Positions 23,501 through 39,029 of a stretch of 64,000 bases of DNA are shown in pieces. The number at the start of each line of letters is the position of its first letter. Position 1 is the stretch's first letter. The stretch covers positions 186,001 to 250,000 of the forward strand of contig OX597836.1 of assembly GCA_951406725.2 (NCBI GenBank), read 5' to 3'. This DNA comes from Octopus vulgaris (taxonomy: Eukaryota). Position numbers and translations under genes: made by a program. The notes beneath the pieces were generated by a model that saw only the letters and a program-made list of their open reading frames with translations, ran no database searches and was not told where the DNA came from.

Positions 23501-25267
23501 AATCAGAGGTAAAGGTAAAATAAAAGCAAGATCAAACGAAAAAGAATAAAAGGCAAGAGTCTTTAAATCAGACGGATTTAAATTCAGTAAAACATTTATA
23601 TATGATACCACAAGGCATTTTGAGCAACTCACTAACAGTTCTGGTATCTAATTCACTTCAAACCTTTTGGCATTCAGTTTACTCTGTCAAATGTAATGCT
23701 AACAATAGATTCACATTGTTTTGAATTAATCATAGATTGGCTCATAGCTTCAAGATTTTGCTGATGGGATTATTTATTTTGAGAATGACATTGTAGTGTA
23801 AGTGTTGAAGTAGTCACTCTGGATAGCTTAAAATTCTTCTAAGCAATATTTAGATCTCCAAGTCAAACATGGGAAAGGACCCTGCATAGTAAATTCTATT
23901 TCGATTTATTGGTATCTGATTGTTTGATGTCAATCAAGTTCACTTGACACAGAATGCTTTCTGTCTGGATTTATGAATTCCTTTTATTATATTATACACA
24001 CATAGTGGTTGTCTACACGTTATGCAGAGTTTGACCTCCTCCTGTACCTACACCTTACCACCATCATGGCTCTTCTGATGTGGCTTTTTAAACCAGGCAA
24101 TGTTCTGAAAAGACACCCACGTAGATTGCACCTCTGAATATATACACATGCACGTATACAGACCACTGTAATTAACTCTTGCTAAATGCTTCTCCTTTAC
24201 ACTTGTAGCAGATGTCTATGATGCTATTACACAAGTCATTTTGGATGACACCTTCCAGAATGACAGGCACCAGATATTTCAAGCATCCTAGGAGTAATTC
24301 CTGATCTTCTGTCCTTAACTGCTTTATCTGCCAAGCTGCTGTCTACAAGAAAGGCTGATCCTTCCAGTTGGGTCCACATTAGAAGGATTCGCTTTCTCTT
24401 ATGCATCCTCCAGGTTTAATAGCTTTTCAACATGGTACTTCCATGCCCTTTGCTTTTTTTTCAGACTCACTAAATGCAAGTTTATCATTACCCATCTATA
24501 CAAACTTCTCTCCCACAATGTCTTCATTCTCTTGTTGCAGAACACTGACAAACCTCTTACTTTCTGCTACTCTCCTCGCTAAATAAAGCTGTTCCCTAAC
24601 TTCTCTTCTAGTTGCCTGGTATAATTCTTTGCTGCCCTCTTTCTTCCAATCTTTCCAAGCCTCTCTCTTTGCTTTTAATTCTTTGTCTACTTCAGTTTCA
24701 CCATTATTTCAGCCTTGGTCTAACTGGAGCCTTGAACCAACCACAGATTTGGTCTGTAGCTCTTAGTAAGTGGTGGTACAGGAAGGTGGAAAGCAGCAGT
24801 ATGATAAACTTGGATGGTTATCTTGTAAGAGGATATGTAAGATATTTTATAATCACTGACTAACTGAAGATACAGTCCTTTACATGTGATTAAAACTGAC
24901 AGTTTTAACCATTTGGCTTGAGTAAACTGAATTAAATTACATACATGTGCAAACATACACAGGATGGGCTTCTGGACAGCTCCCATCAATCAAATTTAAC
25001 TGACAATGCATTGTTGGTCAATCAAAGACAATGAAGACACTTATTCAAGTAAATGTCTCAAGACAGGAATCACAGGAGTTTTAAGCAGACTTCTACCTAT
25101 TCAATAGTTTATGATGAGAATCAAAACAAATTCCATTGCTATTTAACAACACATCATCTAATCCCTCCCTTCCTCTTAAACAGAATACAAGAGAAAAGGA
25201 GAAATAAATTCGATCAAGTGACATTGGGTGGAAGCTTTTGGAGTAACTAATAGAACATAAAAAGAAT

Positions 25268-25302
<35 letters not shown>

Positions 25303-28300
25303 ATGTCGGTGGAGCTTGTGAATTATAAACACAAGTTTAGAGTTGGTGTTAAACGAGATATTGAATACTTTGCATGAATAGATAACATCTAAATTTAAGA
25401 AAGAAACAGTAACAAACAAGAACTCACTCTCATTGCCAATGGCTGGTAAGGTGCCAGAGCTTCTAAGTATGGGAAATCTGGTTCTGAAATATTACAGAAG
25501 ATATAAAATATTGATGTAAGACTGTGTTGGTAATTGTTGCTTCTTTTTCTTTTTAACTTCAGGTCAGTTCTCATCAAACAGACTTATGAACAAAAGCATT
25601 CGAACCATGAACAGCTTGTCCTTTTCTCCTTATCTCTTCACACTCTTATGGAACATCCCCCTCTATCCCCTCTATCCTACTTATACTCCCCGACCTGCAA
25701 TGTTCCCTGTGGATAGGCCCCAATACATCTCCAACACCATCTATTTCTCTCTCTCTCACTGTCTCTATCTTTCTTTCTAACTCTTTCCCACCTTCCTCGT
25801 CATACTGGGGTAACCCTATTTCCTATCCCTATCCTTCTATTATACACTAAGCTCATGCCTGGCACAAACCCACTTTCCTCGGTTCCACTCCATCTCAACT
25901 ATGAGACCTTTGTCTTGTATGTTACTTAGTAACCCTGCAGGTATTGGCTGCACGTAAAAAGCACCAGTGCTGGTGCCATGTAAAAAGCACCCAGTGACAC
26001 TCTGTAAAGAGGCTGGTCTGAGGAAGGGTGTCGAGCCATAGAAACCATGTCAAAACAGGAAACTGGATCTTGGTGAAGCTCTCCAACTTGCTAGCACTCA
26101 TCAAACTGTCCAACTCATGACGATGATGAGGCATAATACATGGATGAAGTCTAATGATAGAAACCAATAAAAGAATAATATAACAAAAACTAGATTATCG
26201 AATGTGTCCGAGGGAAATCTGGTTGGTAAATTCTGCAGATTGAGTGACTGCATAAAGGCTTTTGTGTTTGGATTATTAGTGATTGGTATGAAATCAGGCT
26301 TAGCATCATGCCTGGGTATCTCTGAGAAAGTAACAGAAATAAAACTATTTCTTGCTCTCTTGACTGGCTCCTGTGCCGGTGGCATGTAAGAAGCACTATC
26401 CAAACATGATTGATGCCAGGCCCACCTGACTGGCTCCTGTGCCGGTGGCATGTAAGAAGCACCCACTACACTCTCGAAGTGGCTGGCATTAGGAATGGCA
26501 TCTAGCTGTAGAAACATTGCCAGATCAGATTGGAGCCTGGTGCAGCTGCTGGTTCTCCAGACCTCACTCAAACCGTGCACACCAATGCCAGCATGGAAAA
26601 CAGACGTTAAACGATGATGATGATGATGTTCAAGTCTGAAAATATGGATGATAATAGATATTTACTTTGGTACATATTTCAAAATTTTTCAAGAAACATC
26701 ATTTACATATTTGACTGTATAATTTCTTTGATCCCAGCCAGAATTGGACTGAGCAGATCTTCTTGTTCCAGCCATGACCATATCAGCTTTTAGTATATCT
26801 GAGACTGCACTGTCCAAAGTGTCCTGCCATTTTTAATAATGGTAGGGTTTGATTTGAGGAAGACAGGGATACAATTGCTACCCAAGCAACTGTGTACTTG
26901 GCTCCTTCATTCGTTTATGTTTATGCAGCTATTAGGTATGTAACATGTAAATGTTTATAACCAGGAAGAAGAGGTTTTCTTTTAAATAACTGCACAATCC
27001 TCAATCTCTGCAGATCAAATATTTTTAAATCGTTTGACAAGATCTCTCAACAGAAATATTTTTTGGTTTCTGATGCTTAATAACAGTTTCACTGTTTATG
27101 CGATCAGATACAAATCCACTGCAAATGGATTTCATTTAATCTTGGAAATAAGATGCTTTATAGGAACATTAATCTGGCTCCAGTACTTCACTGGTGTTTT
27201 ATTTTATCAATCTTAGGATGATAAAAGGTTGACTTTACCTAGATTTGAACTCCAGATGTAATAAAAGGCTATAACAGAGGCAATTCATCCAACACCTTAA
27301 TGATTCTACCAATCTGCCATTATAAGAGAGGGTTATAGGATAACAAGACTTTAATTTGAAATCTTTATTGAAGTCATATTAAAAAAATCACTTGTCTCTT
27401 TGTTCAATCATAAACAGCAATAAAAGTTGCAATAAGATTTAAAAATCAGAAGAGTGGGAATTTGATATCCAGGCACATATTCCTTTCATAAATCTGAGTT
27501 TTAACCCAACAGTTCTACGCACCAAAATACCTAAATCTTTGTATCTGAAATTATTCATTATAGGTGCAAGCCTGATTGTGTGGTTGTAAAGTTCAGTTCA
27601 CAACCACATAATTGCAGACTGAATTCCACAGCATAACATTTTTGGTATCATTTACCATCATCTCAGATCAACTAAAACCTTTGGTAAGCAAAGAAGAATG
27701 GATGGACAAATGGCGGGATCTGCCTTTTGTATTTAGTTGCATCTTTTTTCCCATTCTGAGTTCAATCTAATTCCACCTAGGGTATGCTTACCTTTTCTTC
27801 TGAAGTTAATAAAATAAGTATCAGACAAATAAAAGGGGCAGCAGATATAGACAATGAAACCCTTCATGGTAGTGCCTCAACAAGACTCAATGACTCAAGT
27901 CACAAAAGCATAATACAAGAATGTTGTCATACATATCTACGCATGTAGATATATATATATTCCTTTACTTGTTGTGGGCTGATATGGCTGTGATTAAGAA
28001 ATTCACTTTGCATCCATATGGTTTTAATCCAATTGCATAGTATCTTAGTCAAATGGCTTCTATCATTCCCCAAAGTCAATATCTTATGAGTTAAATTTGG
28101 TAAAATTTGCATGAAGGGACTTCAGAAGGATTGTTTCTGCTTTGTTGTATTGGTAGACTTAAACTATTAGTTTATCTCCATCCAGTCCTACTGCAAGCAT
28201 TTAAGCCAGGTATTTAACCTGAGCATAACTACTCCCGTCTACCAAATTTTGAGGCTCTGAAACTAATCAGAGGCACTGCCCTTCCTCTTCTCACTGAACA

Positions 28301-31300
28301 GTTTAAAATATGGAAAAAGTTTGATTACTTAAACTTACCTGTGAACATAACAGCATTTGCAGAAGATTTGCCCCACAGCTCCAAGAAATGTACCACATCT
28401 CCCATACGTAGAGACGGATGTCCAGCAAAAACAATGCATGGAGATTTGAAAGAATTACTCAAACCACCTAAAAAATGATTTTAAAAAATATGAAGGAATA
28501 ATTTAAGGAGGACATGTGATTACATATTTTCATATAAAATAAGATGACACACACACATATATAATGGGCTTTCTCATATTTTCTATCAACTAAATGTCAC
28601 TGAAGAGACATTGAATAAAAGAAAGTTATGTTAAAAAACAGCAAGCGGTGGGCATGAACCTGGAACCACATGCAGTTAAGAAGTTACAAAACAAAAAACC
28701 AAATCCTTCTTAATCACACAGCCATAGCCATGTCTTAAAGAGTCAAATTTAAATTGTTTCAGAACATCACCATCATTTAATGTCCATGTTCCTTGCTGGC
28801 ATGGGTCGGATAGTTCAACAGGATCTGATGGGTCTAAGGACTGCACTGCGCCCAAGAGTCTGCTTTGGTATGGTTTCTGCCCTTTTGGAGGCCCTTTTTA
28901 ATGCCAACAACTTTACAGTATGCACTGGGTGTTTTTCATACCACCAGTACTAATGAGGTTGCCATAGAACTCACAAAATTATACACTCCAAATGTGGGGT
29001 GGTCAGTTTTATGCTATGGAATGATTGTTAAAGTACAGCAGGTTCTTCTTGTAGAGGAGTTACATGGTTATTCACATTTATCAAAATAGGGTGAGAATAA
29101 TCAATAAGAGGTGCAAAGTGATAAATAATGGTGATGAGATGGGTTTTCACGTTGCCAGCCATCTTGGTCCTTTGTCATCACTTCCATGAGGCTAAGGGTT
29201 TTGAGGTCTGTCTTCAGCACTTTGTACCATGTCTTGGGTCTCCTCCTTTCACAAGCTCCAACCACATTAAGTGATCAGCATTTCTTTATGCACATGTCCA
29301 TGCCAGTGCAGCTTTCTTTCTTGCAAACATTTCTCACCATCTTTATACATTGTTCATGTGTACTAACATGGCAAATTCAATGGAGCATCATCATCATCAT
29401 CAACATTTAATGTCCATTTTCCATGCTGGTATGGGTTGGATGGCATGGCAGGAACTGGTAAAGCCAGATGTGGCACCAGGTTCCATTGTCTGTTTTGACT
29501 TGGTTGCTATGGCGAGATGCCCTTCCTAACACCAACCACTCCACAGAGTTCACATGCTCAACTCATTTCTTCCCAGTTTTCTCATGTTCTCTGTGTTCGT
29601 GGCCCATGTCTCATTACCGTCCAGCATTGCAATTTTCACTCAAGCATCACGCAAGCTATCCTTCCTTCTGATGGGAAATATCTTGGTCATCAGCAGCAGA
29701 AGTAACTCCCTCAACTTTCTCAACGTCTACTTACTCTGGTTACTGTACTTTTAGAGCAATTATCTCCTTTGCTAATTACACCTCACACTAAACAAAAGCA
29801 ACCATTTAAAATATCTAAAGAAGACAGACTAGAAATGTTTACAGAGGAAAGCCAAGTAATTAGGGAGAAGTACTGTTCACACAAGTCATTTATAACTTTA
29901 GAGACATTAGACAAACAAACAGACACATAAATATCATCATCCTCTTGTTAATGTCCAGTTTCCGGTGTTTGCATGGGTCAGACAAAATTTGTTAATGCAG
30001 TTTTCTAGTCTGATGCTCTTCCTGTTACTAACCTTCACTTGTATCCAAGTATCACAATATTGTCCAGAGTGCTGCAAAACTGAAACAACCCAAACGTGGG
30101 GACATGTACTTATAGACAACTGCAAATGAAAGACACTGATATGATGGTGATGTTTATTTTATAATTAGTGCATGATATCAAGACAAGGAGATATAAACAC
30201 ACATACACACACAAATGTATGATGGGCTTCTTGGAGTTTCTATTTACCAAATTAAACTATGGTTGGTCCAGGGTTACAAAAGGCATGTGCACAAAGGAAT
30301 TGAACCTGAAACCTTTTAACTTCTTAACCATGCAACCATGGTTGTGTGCGTGCACGCATACACACACACACAGGTAGTTAGCTACAGACATTTAGTTTTA
30401 AGGTTTATGAAGAGGAATGAAGGAAGAAATCTGGATTCATGGATTAACTTTAAACTGCAAACTTGGTCCACTAAAGACTCCCAAGGACCAGGTAGTGGAT
30501 TGTCTACTACACAAGAGCAGTTAAAGTCAATCCAATTAGCTTCCACAGTTTTTGTTTACTCAATTTCAGTAACAAGATTTGGATTAACCAGGGGCTACAT
30601 CACCTGGTCACACTGCAGGCATAGATTCCGGACTCTCTGTTGCCATCCAATTCTATTGTTCATTGTATCTGGTAGGTCAGAAAGATTGCAATTTATGTTG
30701 TCAGAAACCGGTTTAATATAGGTCTTGGCTTGTTGTCCCCTGTTAGCTCCCACTAATAATTTCGTCTTTAACTCTCCAGCAACACCCTGTAAATCTAACT
30801 CTACACTCTTTGATGCTGTCTCATACTGGACAAAGGTTCCCTAAAAATTGCTCATTGGTCAGACGATCTATCCAGGTGACATTTCAAAACCACTCTTAGC
30901 AAGTGAACCAAGGTTACAATTTTAGAAATTTGTTCAAAGGATGCTATGTAGTGGAATGAAACAGCTCCTACAGAGGCTGTTTCCACTGTGATTTACAGAG
31001 TCTATCTTTCCTCCAACTTTTCTTTCATGTTTCATTTTTATTATTATTTTGTGATAATGTTATTTAGGTGTAAAAGCCTTTCATTGTACAGCTATCAATT
31101 ATTCACTGATATTTTACCAAAGAAAAACGAAACTTACTGTGAATATTGGTAAAATTCTGAAGCCTGCCACTATTTAAAAGCTGCAATAAATAAGAAACAT
31201 CAAATTATATGTGTTAGTGATTATGTGTGTGTGTGTGTATGTGTATATATATACATATATAGCATTAGAAAGGACACCCAACCATAGAAACCATGCAAAA

Positions 31301-34300
31301 ACAGACACATGAAGCCTGGGCAGCTCTTCAGTTGGTCAACTCTTGTCAAACTGTCCAATCGATGTCAGCATGGAGAACAGGCATTAAAAGATAATGATGG
31401 TAATGATAATGATCACGATATGATTTGAAGGACTTAACTGTTTGAATCAAAGTAATCAACAATTCAAAAGAACTGAATAAATTTACACAGAAATGAATGA
31501 ATAAATTTTATATAAATATATATCCCTACATTTACTTATATACATACACACACCTGTGTGTGTGTGTGAATATATATATGTACATATGTATGTATGTTGA
31601 AGTGTGTTAAACATTAAATTTCAAAATGTATTTAACTGACACTTGAGTTCTTGACAACAAAAGCAAAATGACAAACTTCTTCTTCCATAAAAACGAAGAA
31701 GTCAGTCATTTTACATTTGTTGTTAAGAACTTAACTGTCATCATCATCATCATCATTTAACGTCTGCTTTCCCTATTGGCATGGGTTGGACAGTTTGGGA
31801 CTGGTAAGCTAGGAGGCTGCTCCAGGTTCCAATCTGATCTGGCAGTGTTTCTACAGCTGGATGCCCTTCCTAACGCCAACCACTCCAAGAGTGCAGTGGG
31901 TGCTTTTTATGTGCTATCGGCACGGGGGCCAGTCAGGCAGCACTGGCATCGACTACACACGAGGCGACAGGAATCTGATGATTACTATGAAAGTATGAAA
32001 GCACTAACTGAACTTTATGAACATTGCAAAATATTTTTTTAATGTTTAACACACCTCAACATTGTAAAAAAATATTTTTAAATACAAAAATAAAAAACAT
32101 GAAAAGCAGACCAAGTTGTAACTTTATTCACTGATATATTAATCTATACACATTTACACAAAGTTGTAAAAACTTTTAAATATGTGTGTGTGAGTGTGTT
32201 AACAGAGGTCACAGAAGTGACAGAGGGTGCTGGCCAGCACGGCTTATGCTAAAGCTACTAAAGCACTATATTTAATGACTGTCAAAGGGAGGTAAGTCCC
32301 TAGCGTACATAGCCGTATTGCAATTTCGAATTTTGGTGTAGAAAGACCTTAATTCTCATCAGTGGCTCTTAACGCCTAAGGTTAAACTCAACTTCCCTTG
32401 TCAATCTTATAAGAAACACTGTTAAAGTCATATGCTGATTTTCAAAACAGTGAAAGTGTAAACAAAAGAGTAGCTTATTTAACAATTAGAACCTGTGGCA
32501 CGTAAAAAGTACCCACTACACTCATGGAGTGGTTGGCCTTAGGAAGGGCATCCAGCCGTAGAAACATTGCCAGATCAGACTGGACCTGGTGCAGCCTTCT
32601 GCCTTCCCAGACCCCAGTTGAACCGTCCAACCCATGCTAGCATGGAAAGCGGATGCTAAATGATGATGATGATGATGATACAAAATTAATAGAGGTCACA
32701 AAATTGAGAGAGTGTGCTGGCCAGCACCTCCTACGCTAAAGTAAAAGTTAAATTAACTCTAAAGTCACTAAAGCACTGATGACTGACAAAGGTGTTAAGA
32801 GCTGCTGTTGAGAATTAAAGTGTTCTACACCAAATTGCAATATGGCTACGTAAGCTAGGGACTCACCTCCCTTCGTCAGTCATTAAATATAGTGCTTTAG
32901 TGGCCTTTAGAGTTAATTTAACTCATATTTTAGCATAAGCAGTGCTGGCCAGCACCCTCCATCACTTTTGTGACCTTTATTAATTTAGCCCTTAGGTTCT
33001 AATTGCTAATAAACTACCCTTTTAAGTTTTATATATATATATATTAGTAAATCCCAAAAAAACAAAGAACACACACACACACAAAAACAACACGAGGACC
33101 TGGTACATGTAAAGTATTAGCAGACTTTCAGGGAAGGAAACAAAGATGGTTTAATGATTCGAGCAAAGCTCTTCTTCAGAAACAGAGGAAAATCCAATAG
33201 AAAAGGAAGACGAAGGAAGAAAATCGCCAACGATTCACATGTGGTTACATTTTGAAATTTGTTTATATATACACACACACACACACACAAATTTTACATA
33301 TCTATGTAAGTATATATTCTTCAAGAAAGAAACTAAACATAGGCAAGGAAGTGGAGAAACTGGTGCTCTTCAAAGGAAGCCCTTTTCAAGATACCTGCTG
33401 CTCTAAATTACAGACTCTGCTGATTATTAATAAAAGTAAACGATTAAATAATGTTGTAGTTATCAGTGTTTAGATAATCCCAGGTAGAGCTGTGATTAAG
33501 TAAACATATGGTTAAAATTATTTGTCTCATACCCATCAGGTTTTTTGCTTTCTTCATACACAGGAATACACCACCTAAATGTATTCTTATTTTAAACTGA
33601 TATTCTTTCATTCTTTTCCTGATTTTAATCAATGGACCCTGGTTATGCCGAAGCATCACTTTCTAGGGTTAAGTCAATTATATCAAACCCACCCTCCAAT
33701 ACTTATTTTTAATGAATGGTATTTACTTATCATCACAAGAAGGACGAAAGGCTAAGTGGAGAGGATCTGAGCTGAAGAGACTTCCCAGTCCTGCCATTAT
33801 TCACCAGCTGTCTCGGTTGAATGGAGTTAGTTTATGCTGTCATTTCTAGTTGTTTCATCAACTTTGTGTTCCTGCATTGACTTTTGGCTTCATTGTTGTT
33901 TGGCAACAGCTCATTCCTGATTGAGAAGACCTCTTATCGGAGACACTCCAATAATGAGTATCCCACCTTTTTAAGGGTATGCAGGACTGCATTGTGTAAT
34001 GTGTCCTTTCTCTTTTTTTAAATAGTAGGGTGTAAATTGAAGGACAATTGGTTGGCTGCTGTATGCAGTAGGTCAAGTGACCATATAGAGGCTACCTTGT
34101 TGACTTCAGTTTTACAATGTTGTTATTATCTCAGAGTTCCTAGTCGATCCTAATCAAGGATGCCTGCGATCAAAGACATTCAAGCCATAACTATTCTTTC
34201 ATTTTGCCAGACAGAGAGTATCTCTAAGTACAGCATCCAACATGTCCTATTTATTTTAAGATGATAGAATTTGATTTGAGGGAGATTTGTCTACTATTTG

Positions 34301-37300
34301 TAGCGAGTTGAGCAACCACATAGAGGTTTTATATCTACTGATGCTATAATACTAAAACTAACTCCTCTTGAAGGGCAAACAGTTATATGTTTCCTCCAAA
34401 CTGTAAAATGACAGAAATTCACATCAAATAACAGAAAAACACTGAAAAATGGAAAATACAATGGCCTGAGGATTGAACCCAACCAGAATTATGAAACAAA
34501 AAAGTGTAATTACCTCTGCATGAGGAAAAGGGGGTTCAGGAAGGTAAACCTTATTTTGTTTGGCAGTAGATAACCTTAAAAATAATGAATAAATAAGTAA
34601 ATGAGAAATATTTTATATAGAATTATGGTGGAAATTAAAAGACAATACAATTAGAATTAATTTTGTAAAAAAAATTAAATATAGAGCCAACAAGCAACAG
34701 CAAAATATTTAACAGTGTTGCTTGTCTGAGTCAAAAAAGTCATTCTGCTCCAAGATGAAAATATTCTCAACTGCAAATTAAAACTAGCTTCATTTTGCCA
34801 AGTTTCAGTTCATTTTGAGAAATTGAAAACTGATCGAGTAAAGATTAAAGTCACTTCCCTGGCTTTTTTGCAGCAATGATGCCAAAGCTACAAATAGATT
34901 GTCTTAAATTTTAATATTTATGTATACCTTTGGTCAGTGGATTAGCAGAAACCTTAGAACACCAGACAAAATACCTTATGGTATTTGATAGAGTTCTGAA
35001 TTCAAATCCTGCTGTTGAGATCAACTTTGCTCTCCATTCTTATGGAATTTTAATAAAGAACCAGTCAAATATGGGTCAATATAATTGACTCTTCCCTAGC
35101 CCCAAATTTTGTGCTTATGTAAAATATCAATTTTATATACACAAAGAAAGAAAGAATTATTATTTAATCAAGAAAGAATGCATGTAAATTGTTAGTTTTC
35201 ATAGTTCAATATTCCAATTACCATAATCATATTTACATGAATCCTTGAATATTCTGAACCCTTAGTGACAGTCATGTTCCAATGATCCTATTATTCCAAT
35301 CAAACGAGATCAATAGACTGCCTTTAAATGCTTTTTTGAAACTCAAACTGCTTATTTATAACTCTTATAATCACCTGAAGAGCTCAAAGAAAATACTTTG
35401 GGTTACAATGTAAAATTCTTGTAATAATACATTTTTTGCAGATAGTTAAAGGTGGTAGACAGCTGCTAAGAACTGCAAAAGCTATCAAAATGTATATACA
35501 GCTGTTCCTTCTTTTACCATTTGCAATAAAGTGTTCAAACAAATTGCTTACAACTGTCATAATGCACTGTGTTGTTAACTAAGAAACCAAAAGAAATGTT
35601 CAATAGCACATTATGGTAATAAAACACCATTAACACATGAGTAAGTTAATATTCAGTCTTGCTGAATGAAATGTTAAATATTCAAATTGGTCTATTGTGT
35701 TTAACCTTTAATATTTGTGTGTTTATAAGAAGAATGCTTGAGGATAGTTAAAGGTGGTACACAGCTGTTGATGAAGACTCCAAATAGAGTCAACATGTAT
35801 AGCTGTGTCCCCTATTATCTGTTAGTACTTACATCATTCAGACAAATTGTTTAGGTGTTAGCTAAAAAAAAAAATTCTATAGATATGTTCTATAGTAGAT
35901 AGGGCAACAAAACACTGTTAACAGGCATTAATAATACCTCACCACTACAAAAGTGTTAAAAATGTAAATTAGTCTATCCATTTTAACCTTAGATATGAGT
36001 GGATTTATAAGCAGTGTGTTTGTGAATGCTTAAAGGTGATACACACCTGCTGACAAAGACTCCAAAAACAGTTGAAACATATTTATGGCTGTTCTCTCTT
36101 TTTCTGTTTGCACACATATTGTACAGATGAAATGTTTACAATCGTTGGAATACAGTGTTGGCTAAAAATCCTGTAGATATGTTCCACAGTACATTATAGC
36201 AACAAAGCTAAACACTGTTAACACATCAGTATATTATGTATAGACTTCACTACTACTGATAATTAAATTCAAACACTCTGAACTAAAGGATGAACCAAGT
36301 CCAACTATAATTTTGTTTAATAAGATTACTGTATATGTTGGTATGTAAAACAACTGGTATATATAAGACATGTAGGTTGTTACCCAGGGAGGGGCTAACA
36401 TATTGTCAACCATAGACACAAAATTAAAGATTCACATTTCACACCTGAGGCATAAGGCAAGCCCCTATTTTTCAGGGGATGGGAGTAAGGTTATAAAGTT
36501 GTTCATTATGCTAGTATATAAGCCACTATTAACTTTTCTAGAGATAAAATATTTTTTTGAGATTTACATCTAGACTATCTTTCAGTTTGGTCTCTCGTTG
36601 TACATAATTCAGACAAAATTTCAACAAAGAATGTTTATTTCTACAGTATGGGTAGTAATGCTTTTTTCCACAATTAATACAATTAATGTTACATTTTTTT
36701 TAGCCTATTTAAATTTATTTTACAATAAAGACAGTCATACAGAGCTGAAATCCATGCTGGGCTTATTGATTGGGTTATCAAACCAGTTAAAACATAGCAT
36801 GGGTCTAAATATTTAAAAAATGTATCATCTCAGGGTGCAATATGTAGAGCTCAAATCACCATGCAGACACTCCTTTGTGTATTTACACATGTGAATAATT
36901 CTTTCACTAAAACTTTTCACACATTAATTCTATCTGAATTTTTATAAATTTATTACAAATTTTTAAACACAGAATTTATAATGACCTTGTTGACAATTAG
37001 GCGACATATATACATGTGTGTGGATGTCTCTTGTCTTGTCATGATTTTTCTAAATGACCATTACAGTTTTACAAGCAATGTCATTCATTTCCTGTCTTCT
37101 GTGTGTTTTTCACTTGTTTCCAAACATGTCCACAGAAGCCATGGACATGTTTGGAAACAAGTGAAGGCTGGCAACAGGAAGGCATCCAGCCACAGAAAAT
37201 CCACCTCAACAAATTCCATTTGTCCCATGCAAGCATGGAAAAATAGATGTTAAAAACGATGAAGGAGAGGTAGAGGAATTCCTGCTGTTTATTTTAGCCG

Positions 37301-38176
37301 GTGTCTACCTACAAGTCCTTGAAAGAAAGTATGGCAGGACCCAAACTTAAAGACTGAGAGGAACCATACTACAAGTCATTTAGTTCAATATGCAAACTGC
37401 CACAGTCAACTCTCACAGCTCTTGATCTGAAAATGAACACAGAATAATGAATGAAAACAGAAAGAACTACTTACCATTCAGAGAAAATATTGGCATATGC
37501 TAAAGTACTATCAGATACCGGTGAGAGGAAATACATGGGGACTTGTCCCATTGCACAACTGTCCAAGTGCCCAGATAGACACTCAAAGAGATCATATGTA
37601 ATGCCAGAAGGATAACAAGGAACCAAGACATTTCCACCATTCTTCACTGTCAGTGCTGTATAGAAAATGAAAAAGAAGGAAAAACATGAAATATCTCAGC
37701 TGCTGTTTGTATGTTTACTATCATTAATACTACAAGAAATATTTCTGTTATTTTACACTTCATAAAATGTGAAAACTTTCTCCAACTACCACCACAGTTG
37801 AATGAAGGCCATGAATACTTGTTGCAAGCAAACATAAAAATTCACATCGTTCACATTCACATGAGAAAGTCATTACACCATTGACTTTTTTGGAACTTGT
37901 CAATAATTCAATCAGTAAATTCTCTATATTATTTCTTTATAGTAGCTGTTTAGGTTATGTTCCTTTCATTTGTTTTGATGTATACAGAGGCACATACATC
38001 CACTAAAGGTCATATGTGTGACACATATTGCATGCATTTATACAAGAGTATGAGTGAATGCATTCGTACAGTGCAACTAAACTGTACTGGATGTTGCATG
38101 AAATCATTGATAGCATCTAGACCAATTTGAATCTCCTTGTTCGTTCACCGATTATACTTTAGTCAGAGAAGTGGAG

Positions 38177-38209
<33 letters not shown>

Positions 38210-38964
38210 TAGTGAAGAAAGAAGAGAGGAAGAAGTAGAGAAAGGCAATTAATACTAATACACCTAGGCCAAATGCATCACATGGTCAGTAGAAGGTAGA
38301 GGCAAAGAACAAGAGAAAAAGAAGGAGAGAGAAGTGTTAACAGACAGTGGGGTGGGGAAGGAATACGTATTACATGATTAAAAAGTAAGCAGAAGGGAAA
38401 GGTGAAGAGAAAGAGATATGTTTAGGAAACAATATTTAGCAGAGGGTGATGAGGTCAAGGAAAAATAGATAAAGAGAGATGGACAGGAGAGGCAGTTATA
38501 GTGACCATCACTTAACGTATATGCATAAGTGCAATTATTTATCATCTGCTCACTTAAAAAATTGATATTTGTTTATAAGGGTTAATTTAGCCTAAACTAT
38601 GGATTCACAAAAAACATAGTTGCAAGCTGCCCAAGAAAAGATGCTTGTATAAAGAGCATTTATCAGAGAGAAACAGCAATAATAAAAAATAGGGGAAAAA
38701 AAGCAATACTGATGGAGAATTGAGGAAATGAAGGTAGAACATCAAGTAAAGAAAGGTAAACTATGAATGCATTAAAAATGCAAAGTCCTATTAATTTTTA
38801 TCATTCCATGGAATTTACATGGATCCCACGAGTAAAGAATATATTTATCCATCAGATGCAATGTTGAGCACTAATTTTCACTGTTCAGCACTATCATATA
38901 TATATATATATCATAAACATCATTGCTTAACATCCGCCTTTCATGTAGGCATGGATTGGACATA

Positions 38965-39029
<65 letters not shown>

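Noticed and set aside
23369-23632. Hydrophobic 87-aa ORF resembling a membrane peptide
   Set aside because: It derives from a degenerate A/G-rich ~27 bp repeat in intron 15; no support as an exon.
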